The position numbers were made by a program, and so were the translations under genes. A stretch of 61,771 nucleotides of DNA, the filler included. It is 6 parts of 6 records of this genome, joined end to end, with 100 filler letters (N's around TTAATTAATTAA, not from the genome) between each part and the next. Parts side by side here need not be neighbours in the genome. Positions count along the whole stretch, not along the records: positions 39,399 to 51,526 come from DRR723986_4212; positions 51,627 to 61,771 come from DRR723986_4220; 4 more parts are not named here. One strand, written 5' to 3'. Below are positions 50,617 through 60,545 of this stretch, one piece after another. Position 1 is the stretch's first letter. Every line of letters begins with the position of its first letter. The notes beneath the pieces are model-generated. The model was not told the DNA's origin. It did no database searches and worked only from the letters and a program-made list of their open reading frames with translations.

Positions 50617-51526
50617 TCAACCAATTTCGCGCCAGCGGCGGCCATCGCGATGCAATAGCATCAGCGCATCTTCGGGGCCGGAACTTCCGGGGTCATAGGG
50701 TTCGGGTGTGGTGGTGCTGCGGCTCCATTCGTCCAGGATCGGATCGGCCCAGCCCCAAGCTGCCTCAACTTCATCGCCGCGCATAAACAGGGTCTGATCG
50801 CCGCGGATTACATCCATGATCAGCCGTTCATAGGCGTCCTGAGGCGCGGCATGTTCGCCCAATGCCTCAGCAAAGGTCATGTCCAGCGTGACCTCGGCCA
50901 GCCGCATGCCGCCCGGCCCCGGCTCTTTGATGGTGGTGCGCAGGGTGATGCCTTCATCCGGTTGCAGGCGAATGATCAGGGCATTGCCGCGCTGGTTGTC
51001 AAACTTGGGAAAGATCATATGGGGCGGGTCACGGAACACGACGACGATCTCAGAGGTCCGCGCCCGCAGCTTCTTGCCCGTGCGCAGATAGAACGGTGTC
51101 CCGGCCCAGCGCCAATTGCCGACATTCACCTTCATCGCGACAAAGCTCTCGGTGGTGCTGGCGTCATCACCTGCATGATCGCGGTAACTGCCTTCGCCAT
51201 CGCGCCCGCGGTATTGGCCGCGCACGATGTCGGATTGCGCCACGGGTTCCAGCGCCTCGATGACTTTGACTTTCTCATCGCGCACCGAATTGGGAACAAA
51301 GCGCGAGGGCGGCTCCATCGCGGTGAGGCACAAAAGCTGCATCAGGTGGTTTTGCACCATGTCCCGCATTGCGCCGGACTTGTCATAGTATTCGCCGCGC
51401 CCCTCAACGCCCAGGCTTTCGGCCACCGTGATCTGCACATGATCTACATGGGTGGCGTTCCAAAGCGGCTCCCACAGGGAATTGGCAAAGCGAAGCGCCA
51501 TCAGGTTTTGCACGGTTTCTTTGCCC
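50617..51526 (-). CDS. zwf: Glucose-6-phosphate 1-dehydrogenase, 5'-truncated
   Basis: [23 protein letters not shown] and AYERL. Confidence 0.97.
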
Positions 51527-51626
51527 NNNNNNNNNNNNNNNNNNNNNNNNNNNNNNNNNNNNNNNNNNNNTTAATTAATTAANNNNNNNNNNNNNNNNNN
51601 NNNNNNNNNNNNNNNNNNNNNNNNNN
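51527..51626. other. Artificial contig spacer
   Basis: N-run, TTAATTAATTAA, N-run. Confidence 0.99.
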
Positions 51627-51724
51627 AAGCTGTTAGCCTTAGGCTAACAGCTTGAGATGCCTGGCAATCGACCCTCAACGCAGTCAAATTCCTGCCAGAC
51701 TTACAACACGCAGCATTCGACCCT

Positions 51725-52357
51725 ATGCTTGATTCCACTAAGCCGACAAAACGACGCATTCACCTGGCGATCTTCGCCTCCGGGTCCGGCAGTAACGCAG
51801 AGCGTTTGCTGCAGGAATCACATGAAATGGATTCCGGCTTTAAGGTCGCACTCGTTCTGGGTAACAACTCCTCGGCACGCGTCATGACGCTCGGCGTGCT
51901 CTACGGCGTCCCGGTTGTGCATCTGAGCAGCAAAACACATCCGGATGCTGATGCGCGCAGCCAGGCCATGATGCAGGCCCTGGAACAACACAAGATTGAA
52001 ATGATAGCGCTGGCCGGCTACATGAAAAAATTGCCGGATGCCGTAACGCAGCACTTTGCGCAGCGCATCCTTAACGTCCACCCGGCTCTGCTGCCACGCC
52101 ACGGCGGCAAAGGCATGTTCGGCAAACATGTGCACGCCGCAGTGCTTGAAGCCGGCGAGTCAGAAACGGGTGTGACGGTTCACTACGTGAACGAAGAATA
52201 TGATGCAGGCGCAATAATCGCGCAGGAGCGCGTCTCTGTTTCAGCGGATGACAGCGTTGATTCGCTGGCGGCACGCGTGCTGGCAATTGAGCATTCGCTC
52301 TATCCGCGAATTGTTAAACAGGTAGCAGCTCAACTGTCTCAACAGAATGAACGCTGA
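51725..52357 (+). CDS. purN: Phosphoribosylglycinamide formyltransferase
   Basis: FASGSGSN, LAGYM, NVHPALLP and GVTVHYVNEEYDAG. Confidence 0.95.
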   Translation: MLDSTKPTKRRIHLAIFASGSGSNAERLLQESHEMDSGFKVALVLGNNSSARVMTLGVLYGVPVVHLSSKTHPDADARSQAMMQALEQHKIEMIALAGYMKKLPDAVTQHFAQRILNVHPALLPRHGGKGMFGKHVHAAVLEAGESETGVTVHYVNEEYDAGAIIAQERVSVSADDSVDSLAARVLAIEHSLYPRIVKQVAAQLSQQNER

Positions 52358-52436
52358 CTTGGTTAAACAGCCTTCTTCCCGGCTTTTTTGCACAGCAATC
52401 AATCAATAATACCAGCTCCCCAGACGAGGCACGAAT

Positions 52437-53531
52437 ATGCGACGAAGCAGAGATACGCGTCAGAACAAAAAAACAGTTAACAATACAGCTGTTTGGCTTG
52501 CGCTTAACTGCTGCATCGCAACATGCCTGATTTTTGGCGGGTTCATTAGCCTGGTGGCCTGTGCACCGGAGGAAAACAACAGCGGACTGGAAAGCAAGCC
52601 GGAAGCCCACGCAGTGGATAGCGCCCAGGCGCTGCAATCAGATATGTTAATTAACTGGCCGGATTCGAGCCTACACATACTGATAGAAAAAAACCTACTG
52701 CCTGCGAAACAAGAGTTTAAAGCTGTGGCGCTTAAGTTAATCCGTGCCGAAGTCGATACGAGTTTCATCTTTAGCCTGATCAACCACCCAAATGTTAAGT
52801 ACGATACACAGTACATGAAAATTAACGTGACGGGATACCTGAAGAAACCAGACTACTCTTCACATTACAACGCCTATGCCGTTAAAAAAGCACTGGCCTT
52901 TCACGAAAAACAAGATTCGATCCTGCACCTGGTGGAGGCTGAATTTGGTGTGGGCAGCGAGGCCATTAATTCGGTGGCATGGGTTGAAACGCGGCATGGC
53001 GGCTACCTGGGCAAACACAACGTCCCGAGCGTGTATTTGTGTTTGGCAATGACGGACGCTCCCAAATATGTTAAAATTAACATGGACGCACTGCACAAAA
53101 AGTTTAAAGGCGATAGCAGCGAACTTGTTAAACTCGAGAAAAAGATCCACGCGCGTTCCAAGAAAAAATCCGGCTGGGCGGTAGAGCAATTGCAGGCGCT
53201 GGAAACAATTCAGCAGATGGGACATCTGGACGTGACCGAGTTAAACGGTTCCTGGGCCGGCGCGTTTGGAATTTCGCAGTTTATCCCGAGTAGTTACGTC
53301 AGCTGGGCGGTGGACGGAAATGATGACGGCGTGATAAATCTGTATCATATGGAAGATGCACTGTTCAGCATTGGCAATTATCTGAAAGAGCATGGTTGGG
53401 ACAACACCTCAGCCGGAGAGCGCAAAGCAGTATATGGCTACAACCACAGCCAGGCGTATGTAGACGCCGTGTTACTGCTGCGCGATAAAATCCGTGCACG
53501 TGTGGGTGGTGAGCCCGGAGCAGCCGAGTAG
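52437..53531 (+). CDS. MltB-like lytic murein transglycosylase (lipoprotein; start uncertain)
   Basis: WVETRHG, GSWAGAFGISQFIPSSY, VDGNDDG, SIGNYL and YNHS. Confidence 0.9.
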   Translation: MRRSRDTRQNKKTVNNTAVWLALNCCIATCLIFGGFISLVACAPEENNSGLESKPEAHAVDSAQALQSDMLINWPDSSLHILIEKNLLPAKQEFKAVALKLIRAEVDTSFIFSLINHPNVKYDTQYMKINVTGYLKKPDYSSHYNAYAVKKALAFHEKQDSILHLVEAEFGVGSEAINSVAWVETRHGGYLGKHNVPSVYLCLAMTDAPKYVKINMDALHKKFKGDSSELVKLEKKIHARSKKKSGWAVEQLQALETIQQMGHLDVTELNGSWAGAFGISQFIPSSYVSWAVDGNDDGVINLYHMEDALFSIGNYLKEHGWDNTSAGERKAVYGYNHSQAYVDAVLLLRDKIRARVGGEPGAAE

Positions 53532-53577
53532 GTTGACCCAGAGAGTTGACCCAGAGAGTTGATCCAGAGAGTTGACC
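53532..53577 (+). repeat. 13-bp tandem repeat, about 3.5 copies
   Basis: gttgacccagaga gttgacccagaga gttgatccagaga gttgacc. Confidence 0.92.
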
Positions 53578-53758
53578 GTATAAATGGCTGAATAATTTGT
53601 ATGTTAGCTGGTTGAAGGTAGACTAGTTTCCACCTGTGCCCCCCAAATGACAATTCGACAAATCGAAACAGGTGACCACCCCTCAGGTCACAAATTGGGC
53701 CCATTGTAACTCTATTCTCAGGCGTGTGTTCTGGGACTGGATGCATTCAAAGGCGGAC

Positions 53759-54328
53759 ATGAGTTTATCCAAGAGCGAGTATCGGGATCAGAGCGACGAG
53801 CAATTGTTTGCTTTGGTACAAGACAATGATCAGCAAGCGTTTAGCGTGCTGTACGAACGTTATGACAAGCGTTTGTATAGTTACTGTTTGCGCATGCTTG
53901 GTAGCCACGCGGCGGCCGAAGACATCTTCCATGACGTCTTCGTGAAGGTGTATGACAATCGCCAATCGTTCCGGGGTGGCAGTTTTGTAAAATGGTTATT
54001 CACTATTGGACGAACGACCTGCCTGAATGCAATCCGAGACCGAAAACATTCGGACGACATTAATGATCTGAAAGACTTCCTTGTAGGCAGTGACTCCAGC
54101 AAAACAGGTGAAAACATGTTTGTGCGTGAAGCTCTGCGCAAGGCAATAGCCGGCCTACCGCCCGAATTTCGGGAAGTCCTGATCCTTAAGCAGTTTAACG
54201 AGTATTCATACGACGAGATATCGGACATTACGGGAATTAGTATCTCATTAGCCAAGGTAAGAGTATTTAGGGCGATCAAGATGTTGCAGAAAACGCTGGC
54301 GCCCTACCTGAGGGATGTAAAAAAATGA
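53759..54328 (+). CDS. ECF (sigma-70 group 4) sigma factor
   Basis: SDEQL, AEDIFHDVF, WLFTIGR, region 4 SYDEISDI...KVRVFRA. Start moved to ATG 53759. Confidence 0.93.
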   Translation: MSLSKSEYRDQSDEQLFALVQDNDQQAFSVLYERYDKRLYSYCLRMLGSHAAAEDIFHDVFVKVYDNRQSFRGGSFVKWLFTIGRTTCLNAIRDRKHSDDINDLKDFLVGSDSSKTGENMFVREALRKAIAGLPPEFREVLILKQFNEYSYDEISDITGISISLAKVRVFRAIKMLQKTLAPYLRDVKK

Positions 54329-55494
54329 CGAATGACGAATTACTGGCGAAGCTATATGACGGCACGCTGACGGAAGGAGAACGGACTGCGCTGGACCAGC
54401 GCATCCAGGACTCGCCCGAGTTTGCCGGTGAGGTTGAAGAGTTTGAGACGGTCGTTGAGCTGATGAATACACCCAGTGAAGACGATGAGCCCAAACCAGC
54501 TCTGCTAAGTTCAACCAAAGAGAGAGTGATAGCGCTGATTGGCGCCGCTGCCGGAACAGCCACCATTGGTGGTGCGGCCTCACAAATGGGTGGCGGTCTG
54601 TTTTCCTCTGCAATCGTGCAATGGGCCACCGGAATTGTTGGCGCACTCACAATCGGCGGCGTGGCCTACTGGGCCGTGACGGACGAGGAACCCCAAAACC
54701 CTGCCGCAGAGCAGACTGTTGTTGAGCAGGTTCAGCCACTCGACACAGACAACAACACAGCCGACAATCCGAATGCCGCTGCCGCTGATACAGACGAGCT
54801 CCAGGAGCCGGCAACTGCCGACCAGGATCTGCCGACTGCCGATCATCCGGGTACCGTACTGCCTGCCGAGACAAACGGCGATGAAGATGTGCCTCCAGTT
54901 GTGGAGCAGGTCAACACTTCTGGCGATCCAGTGGCTGAGCCCGAAACAGAAAGTTCCGCAGAAACATTTGCCGACGCCATGGCGAGCCTGGCTGACCCGA
55001 AACTCGCAGCCCTGCGATTAGCAAATGACGGTGACCAGCAATCCCTGCTGCGTATGCAGGCAGCGGACAATTCAGTGCGCCAGGCACATTTTCTGGCAAG
55101 AATTGCCGACCGACTGGCGCGGTTGAAGGAATTTGACGAAAGTTACGACAAAGCCAATCAAGCGATCGAACTATTGCAGAATGCTGAAAGTGATGCCAAC
55201 CTGGCGCATGCCTGGTACGGGCGCGGCGCGGCTTCAATTGGCCTGGGCAACATGGCCGAGGCGGTAGAAGCGCTGGACAAGTCCGAAACTCTGGCAGTTA
55301 ACAATAATCTGACGGAGTTACAGGGCAAAATCAACGGCCAACGCGGCCTGATGGCTCTGGCCGAAGGTGATGTTAATCTGGCGCTGGAGCGCGTTACGAA
55401 GTGCGTTATGATGCTCAAAAATGCCGGCAGTAAAGAGATTGAGGTCGGCGTTTGGGAAGAATGGCATAAAACCATCAAGGATATGGCGAATTAA
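54325..55494 (+). CDS. Putative membrane anti-sigma factor with an acidic linker and C-terminal TPR-like helices
   Basis: ATGA overlap with the sigma gene. N-terminus LLAKLYDGTL...ER..L is anti-sigma-like, followed by one TM segment and TPR-like repeats (AWYGRG...LG...EA). Confidence 0.75.
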   Translation: MTNDELLAKLYDGTLTEGERTALDQRIQDSPEFAGEVEEFETVVELMNTPSEDDEPKPALLSSTKERVIALIGAAAGTATIGGAASQMGGGLFSSAIVQWATGIVGALTIGGVAYWAVTDEEPQNPAAEQTVVEQVQPLDTDNNTADNPNAAAADTDELQEPATADQDLPTADHPGTVLPAETNGDEDVPPVVEQVNTSGDPVAEPETESSAETFADAMASLADPKLAALRLANDGDQQSLLRMQAADNSVRQAHFLARIADRLARLKEFDESYDKANQAIELLQNAESDANLAHAWYGRGAASIGLGNMAEAVEALDKSETLAVNNNLTELQGKINGQRGLMALAEGDVNLALERVTKCVMMLKNAGSKEIEVGVWEEWHKTIKDMAN

Positions 55495-55528
55495 CATTTG
55501 TGCATTTTTGCATCGCTGAGATTTTTAC

Positions 55529-55565
55529 AAATCCGCAGAGAACTTGACTTCTGCGGATTTTTTTT
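55529..55565 (+). terminator. Intrinsic terminator
   Basis: aaatccgcag...ctgcggattt followed by a T-run. Confidence 0.85.
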
Positions 55566-56098
55566 GGCCTTACTACTAAAAGTTGACTGACTCCGGCTTG
55601 ACCGCTTTGAGCCCCTCCATTCCATTCGGGTCTCAGGCTTTTTGATCTTTTTGTTAATCACCGGGTTTGCAGCCGGACAGCCTCATTTAGGGCAGATAGG
55701 ACTGGGCACTTCGTTTCCGGCTTGAATTGACAACTTCTAAACTACTCAACAGGCTCGCTGGGTTCGCCGCGTTAAACGCGATGGCGCCAACTCCTACCTT
55801 AACAGCTGACTCCAATGTTAACTGCGTAGCCACATGGTATAGACCAGTCAATTCGGCTGCATTGTCAGCAAGGGACACTCTCATCCGGCCTTTGCAACGG
55901 TCCAGTTTTTGGCAAATTTGGCCTAGGACTCTTGCAACACCTTCTATAAAGCAGGCCCATTTTTTAAGGGATTGGGCAAATACGACTTTATAATTACACA
56001 CCTGCACACGATTTTAACACGGCTAAGCACATGAGAGACACAGTGGGTAAATGAGGGCAAATTAGGCCGAAATCTGCTGAGTCATTTTCAAATTAACA

Positions 56099-56190
56099 GT
56101 GTCATAACTAGTGTCCGTCACTCTACACTATTGCTGTAAACTACAGCAATTATCATTTAACACTTCACTTGGAGAATCTCAGATGAGATC
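56099..56190 (+). promoter_or_regulatory. Conserved promoter/leader element, copy 1
   Basis: Matches 59013-59106: 28/31 identity in the first block, a hairpin, then GGAG...ATGAGATC. Confidence 0.7.
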
Positions 56191-56542
56191 GATTTTTGGA
56201 ATTTTAGCCTTTGCCCTTATCCTCTGCTTTTCCGCACCCGATGCTTCGGCATGGGTCAAACGCACAACGTCTGGTGGCGGCTGGTTTGGCTATGCAAACA
56301 CGAGCGACTACACTGACGATGATGGCAATCAAACAATCCACTGCTCTGGAGTGGGCTGGGATAGCTGCCCGGTAGCAACAGCTTCAGCTAAAGAGCAGAT
56401 GTTAATGGATCATGCCATTGGTGAAATTACTGCCGGTGTCTTGTCAGGTGAGTTCATTGACCACCCAAATCAGTTAAAGGTGATTTGGACATCGGACAAC
56501 GCAGAGATGTCCAACTCAGATATTTCAATTGATCCTTTGTAA
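56183..56542 (+). CDS. Small secreted hypothetical protein with two Cys
   Basis: GGAG RBS, signal peptide MRSIFGILAFALILCFSAPDASA|W, and mature motif HCSGVGWDSCP. Confidence 0.82.
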   Translation: MRSIFGILAFALILCFSAPDASAWVKRTTSGGGWFGYANTSDYTDDDGNQTIHCSGVGWDSCPVATASAKEQMLMDHAIGEITAGVLSGEFIDHPNQLKVIWTSDNAEMSNSDISIDPL

Positions 56543-56638
56543 GAGTTGCGATTTAACATATTGAGACGCGATCCACTGCCATAGATCCGACGATTTACAG
56601 CGATTTGTAGAAGGCGGACAAACTTCATTTAATCGCTT

Positions 56639-56689
56639 CAGCCGTCCGCATTGTTCATTCAGGCGCCACGCGGACGGCTGTACTTTTTG
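56639..56689 (+). terminator. Intergenic hairpin or terminator
   Basis: cagccgtccgc...gcggacggctg followed by tacttttt. Confidence 0.6.
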
Positions 56690-56715
56690 TCACTCAACTA
56701 CTTCAAGACAAGATT

Positions 56716-58029
56716 ATGTCACTAATTGAATTGAGAGGCGGCATCGGTCTCTTGGTCTTATGTCTGGCGCTACTACATGCGGATGCATTGGCGCAACAAC
56801 CGACAGACAACAACAAATCACTTTCCAAAATCCTGCAGTACCGCGGCAGCATATGCTCAGACTTTGAGATTGAAAGCGGGAAAACGTTAAGTGGGAACAT
56901 TTACAACAACAAGATTTTGCTGTATCTTAACAACTCCGTTAAAGACAGTGCCGAGTTTGCACTATTTGACCTCGACAACAATTCTTGTTCACGTTTGCGA
57001 CTAGCAGCCCCAGGCATGGACAGCTTAGCCGGAGTTGGCCAAGGCAACTGCCTGGCATTTAATCAACACACTGTTGCTTTAACACTCGCGAATGCAGAGA
57101 CCCTGTGGTGGCAGATATTCAATGGCCTTAGTACAGACAATTATTCGCCGGCAAGCACATTTAACAATTGCGGCAGTTCACCTGAGTACTACGAAACATA
57201 TGATTTGATTGACATTAACAACGCAGCTTCAAATTCTCGCGGGCCTGCACCCTTGGTTGCGAGTAAAATTTACAACACACATCCCCGTGCCAGTCCCACT
57301 CCAGCCCTGGTAGACTACATTGATTTGGAAGCGTGTAGTGTAACAGAGCATCTGCCTCTGAAATTCGACGCGGTCGAGATCAGCTACTTCAAGCCACATA
57401 AATGGGTGGATGTAAACAACAGGTTCGTCGCTGCTGCAAATGCCAGCCGCTATTCGATCAGGATGTTTAACCATAAAGGGCAGTTGACGACAACAATTAC
57501 TCGAGCGCCACCGGATTATTGGCAGACTCTCGATACTCAAGCAATTATCAAAGCCGCTCGCAAGATCCCTGATGGCAAGCCGCGCGCCAAAATTTCGGCC
57601 ATACGTGAACTATACTACCCAAAGAGTTCACTAAATCGCATTGAGTTCATCGACAGCAATCGCCTTGCGGTCAGAGTTCGAGCAGGTCAATCAGCTAAGC
57701 GCTTACAAATCTATTACTGGGACATTTGGCGTTTTGATGGTAAAAAGGGCTGGCAAATTGAGCACGCAGATCTTAAACAAACCTTGCGTCAGGAAAAATC
57801 AGAGGCAATTTATGGGGCGAATCATTTTCCGCTAATGACGAATCGCGATATGCTGTTCATGAATTCACGTTACTTGGTGTCATTCCGATATGCTTCGCCG
57901 CAGCCGATCCTAGGGCGCACGTACAGGCAATACATGGATGATGAGGACAGTTATATTGCAGAACATCGCCCACGACTATGGGCCGATGTTTACGAGTGGA
58001 GCTTTGCGAACGTCGAATCATCTGAATAG
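56716..58029 (+). CDS. Secreted hypothetical protein, possibly a beta-propeller
   Basis: Signal peptide (ALA|QQ), beta-rich pattern and YSIRMFNHKGQL (propeller-like by eye only). Confidence 0.7.
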   Translation: MSLIELRGGIGLLVLCLALLHADALAQQPTDNNKSLSKILQYRGSICSDFEIESGKTLSGNIYNNKILLYLNNSVKDSAEFALFDLDNNSCSRLRLAAPGMDSLAGVGQGNCLAFNQHTVALTLANAETLWWQIFNGLSTDNYSPASTFNNCGSSPEYYETYDLIDINNAASNSRGPAPLVASKIYNTHPRASPTPALVDYIDLEACSVTEHLPLKFDAVEISYFKPHKWVDVNNRFVAAANASRYSIRMFNHKGQLTTTITRAPPDYWQTLDTQAIIKAARKIPDGKPRAKISAIRELYYPKSSLNRIEFIDSNRLAVRVRAGQSAKRLQIYYWDIWRFDGKKGWQIEHADLKQTLRQEKSEAIYGANHFPLMTNRDMLFMNSRYLVSFRYASPQPILGRTYRQYMDDEDSYIAEHRPRLWADVYEWSFANVESSE

Positions 58030-58140
58030 AGTATACCTACCCTTCCTATGTTTGTCATTACCACACTCAGCATACAGAGAAATAGCTGGGCAAACCACTA
58101 ACCGCTGATTTAGGGCGCTACTTGACGATAAGGATAGACT

Positions 58141-58809
58141 ATGCACACGAAACAACGCAGACCCTTACATTTAGCATTCTTGTTATGTGTACTTAGCTCA
58201 TTGCTCTTGAGCGCTGGTGGCCCGACCAGAGAAAGTGTCAATACACTCACACGGATGCATCAATCTAATTCTTTGAAGTGTGTTACACTCAAACGCGATA
58301 CAGTTGCATTGTTTGAGCAAATTAACAATGCGCAGCTTGAAGTGGTAGCGACATATAATACGAGGTCATGCAATACTTGCATAAAACAGCTACTAATGCT
58401 TGTATACGATTCATTAATGGTCAAAGAGGGAACAGTTCGAGAAGATATCAGTGTGACAGTATTGGCGCACGGATATAATCGCTCATTAAAGCGCAGAGGA
58501 GCAATTGAACAAATCCGGGAGCTGGGACTGCCATTCCAGCCCAGAGTTGTGTTTGACTTAAACACCGCACCACCAGGTGGAGCCGCACGAGAGACTCCAG
58601 CAAGTGCGGCAATCAAAAATCCAGACATGCAGGCAGCTATTCACGATGTTGTGGCAGGGGGGATAACTCCTGCACTAATTACCTACACGCATACCTGCCC
58701 GGAAGGCCGCAAGGTATGGACGTACAAATCTATTTTCGACAATGCCGGCACTCTTAAGCATTCATTCATTGAAGGCTTTTCAGCTTTCGTAAAAGGGCCC
58801 TGCGAATAA
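58141..58809 (+). CDS. Secreted hypothetical protein with CxxC (thioredoxin-like)
   Basis: Hydrophobic N-terminus, RSCNTCI and a later ITPAL (cis-Pro-like) motif. Confidence 0.65.
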   Translation: MHTKQRRPLHLAFLLCVLSSLLLSAGGPTRESVNTLTRMHQSNSLKCVTLKRDTVALFEQINNAQLEVVATYNTRSCNTCIKQLLMLVYDSLMVKEGTVREDISVTVLAHGYNRSLKRRGAIEQIRELGLPFQPRVVFDLNTAPPGGAARETPASAAIKNPDMQAAIHDVVAGGITPALITYTHTCPEGRKVWTYKSIFDNAGTLKHSFIEGFSAFVKGPCE

Positions 58810-59012
58810 AAATTGGCAGGAAACATGCCTTGCACACCTGGAATCATACTGTCGTTTTGCATACTCGGGTAACCGACACACAGCAGCGCATACTTGTTCA
58901 ATTTGGGCCTCACGTCTGCAATGGCTACCGACACACCTGCAGCCAAAATTGACACACCTGATAATTGCTACTCAAAACGTCGCCAAATCGATGATACTTT
59001 TCTTTACCTTTT

Positions 59013-59106
59013 GTGTCTTAAATAGTGTCCGTCTCTCTACACTTACGCGTTGTGAGCTTCAGCAACTATTACTACGTTGTTAATCTGGAGACTCTCACAT
59101 GAGATC
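59013..59106 (+). promoter_or_regulatory. Conserved promoter/leader element, copy 2
   Basis: Homologous to 56099-56190. Confidence 0.7.
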
Positions 59107-59371
59107 ATGTAATTTTCCGAACCGAACATCACTTTTTGTTAAGTGCTGTGCTGTAGAGACGCACAAATATTTTGCCTGCGCGGCAGGAAAACCAGGAGGA
59201 ACTGTGCACCTCACTGTTTACCGTTCCGGCGGGCAGGACACATACAAACCAACGTACAGCAAAAACATCGGCACGCACTCCTGATCCGACGACGAAACGG
59301 CACTGGAGCGACACTGTTTTTGCGACCACCGACTTCCCGCGGTAGCTGACAGAAAATTAGCAGACTTATGA
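59099..59371 (+). pseudogene. Possible degenerate paralog of the 56183 gene
   Basis: Same leader and MRS start, residual SGG...Y...DD...HC pattern, no hydrophobic signal peptide, in-frame TGA at 59282-59284. Confidence 0.4.
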
Positions 59372-59705
59372 CTCATCAACTTTGCAGGAATTGTTGTGAT
59401 GTTTTGTTGAGCACTACATCCGCTGCCCCCAAGGGATATGCACAAAACATAACATCCGCTCAAAACATATACGATTAACAATTTGTTACATGGCCTCGGC
59501 TTTTCAGGCAGGTTACACCGCAAAGATTTGCAACAGTATACGCATTTGGCATATGCGTTTGTTTATGTGTGAGAATAAACATTGGAGGTGCCCACTATTT
59601 TGAGAACTGTTTGCTAACAGCGATTGTAGAAGACGGACAGCTTCAGACAGTCGCTAGCGCCGCCTGCAATGTAAAGTACACACATTGTGGGCGGCATTCT
59701 TATTT

Positions 59706-59733
59706 TTGCGACTTGCGACTTGCGACTTGCGAC
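59706..59733 (+). repeat. 7-bp tandem repeat, 4 copies
   Basis: (ttgcgac)4. Confidence 0.92.
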
Positions 59734-59974
59734 TGGATGTATAGCGGCGCTGCACCAGCGCCAATCTGTGTGACTCAACAGCCTGGGGCAGACTCAGAAG
59801 CTGATGGATTCTGACTCAATGCAAAACAAGAAACTCAAAAAGCAAGCCACTTCATAAGGGGCGAAGCTCAAGCGAAATTAGATGTTAAACGCTCACCTGC
59901 GCCTGGCGTACAATCAATATGTTTGCTGCAAACGCGTGCTTCCTGGCAGGATGTAGAATGCGGAGGCAAAGTCC

Positions 59975-60541
59975 ATGCAGGAATTCAGGCGACATATTGA
60001 ACAAATTACACCGGTGACGGACGAAGAGTTTGTTTACATCATGAATCACTTTACGCGGCGATCGTTGCGCAAACATCAATATTTGCTGCAGGCCGGAGAT
60101 GCCGTCCGCAATGACCACTGGGTAATTCGTGGCTGTTTAAAGGCGTATTATGCCGATGCGAGCGGGAAGAACCATATAATGCAATTTGCCACCGAAGATT
60201 GGTGGATTAGTGATTACGGTGCGCATTTCAGGCAGGAGGCGGCCAAGCTGGATATTGACTGCATTGAAGATAGTGAGGTCCTGTGTCTTTCCCTGCACAA
60301 TCGCGAAAAGCTGTGCGCGGAAATGCATAAAATGGAGCATTTTTTTCGCAGAAAAGTTCACAGCGGATATGCGGCTCTGCAGAAACGGATATCGTCACTG
60401 CTCGCGGGCTCGGCACGTGAACGCTATGAAGAATTCATTCAACTTTATCCCAAACTGAGTGAACGTATTCCACGGAAACACATCGCGGCCTACCTGGGAG
60501 TGAGCCGCGAAACTCTGAGCCGGATATACACAAACCAATAA
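59975..60541 (+). CDS. Crp/Fnr family transcriptional regulator
   Basis: cNMP-binding-like domain (LLQAGD, GCLKAY) and HTH IAAYLGVSRETLSRI. Confidence 0.93.
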   Translation: MQEFRRHIEQITPVTDEEFVYIMNHFTRRSLRKHQYLLQAGDAVRNDHWVIRGCLKAYYADASGKNHIMQFATEDWWISDYGAHFRQEAAKLDIDCIEDSEVLCLSLHNREKLCAEMHKMEHFFRRKVHSGYAALQKRISSLLAGSARERYEEFIQLYPKLSERIPRKHIAAYLGVSRETLSRIYTNQ

Positions 60542-60545
60542 TTAG

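Noticed and set aside
12569-51626. Five identical TTAATTAATTAA elements flanked by N-runs
   Set aside because: These are artificial concatenation spacers; gene adjacency across them has no biological meaning.
51627-51653. Perfect 13-bp-arm palindrome aagctgttagcct-t-aggctaacagctt
   Set aside because: It sits exactly at a contig start, where fold-back or assembly artefacts are common, and cannot be interpreted without flanking sequence.
55687-56007. 106-aa minus-strand ORF and the overlapping plus-strand ORF
   Set aside because: No recognisable motif, RBS or signal peptide; coding status is unsupported.
59706-59733. (ttgcgac)4 as a phase-variation switch
   Set aside because: It is not within a supported CDS or evident promoter; kept only as a repeat feature.
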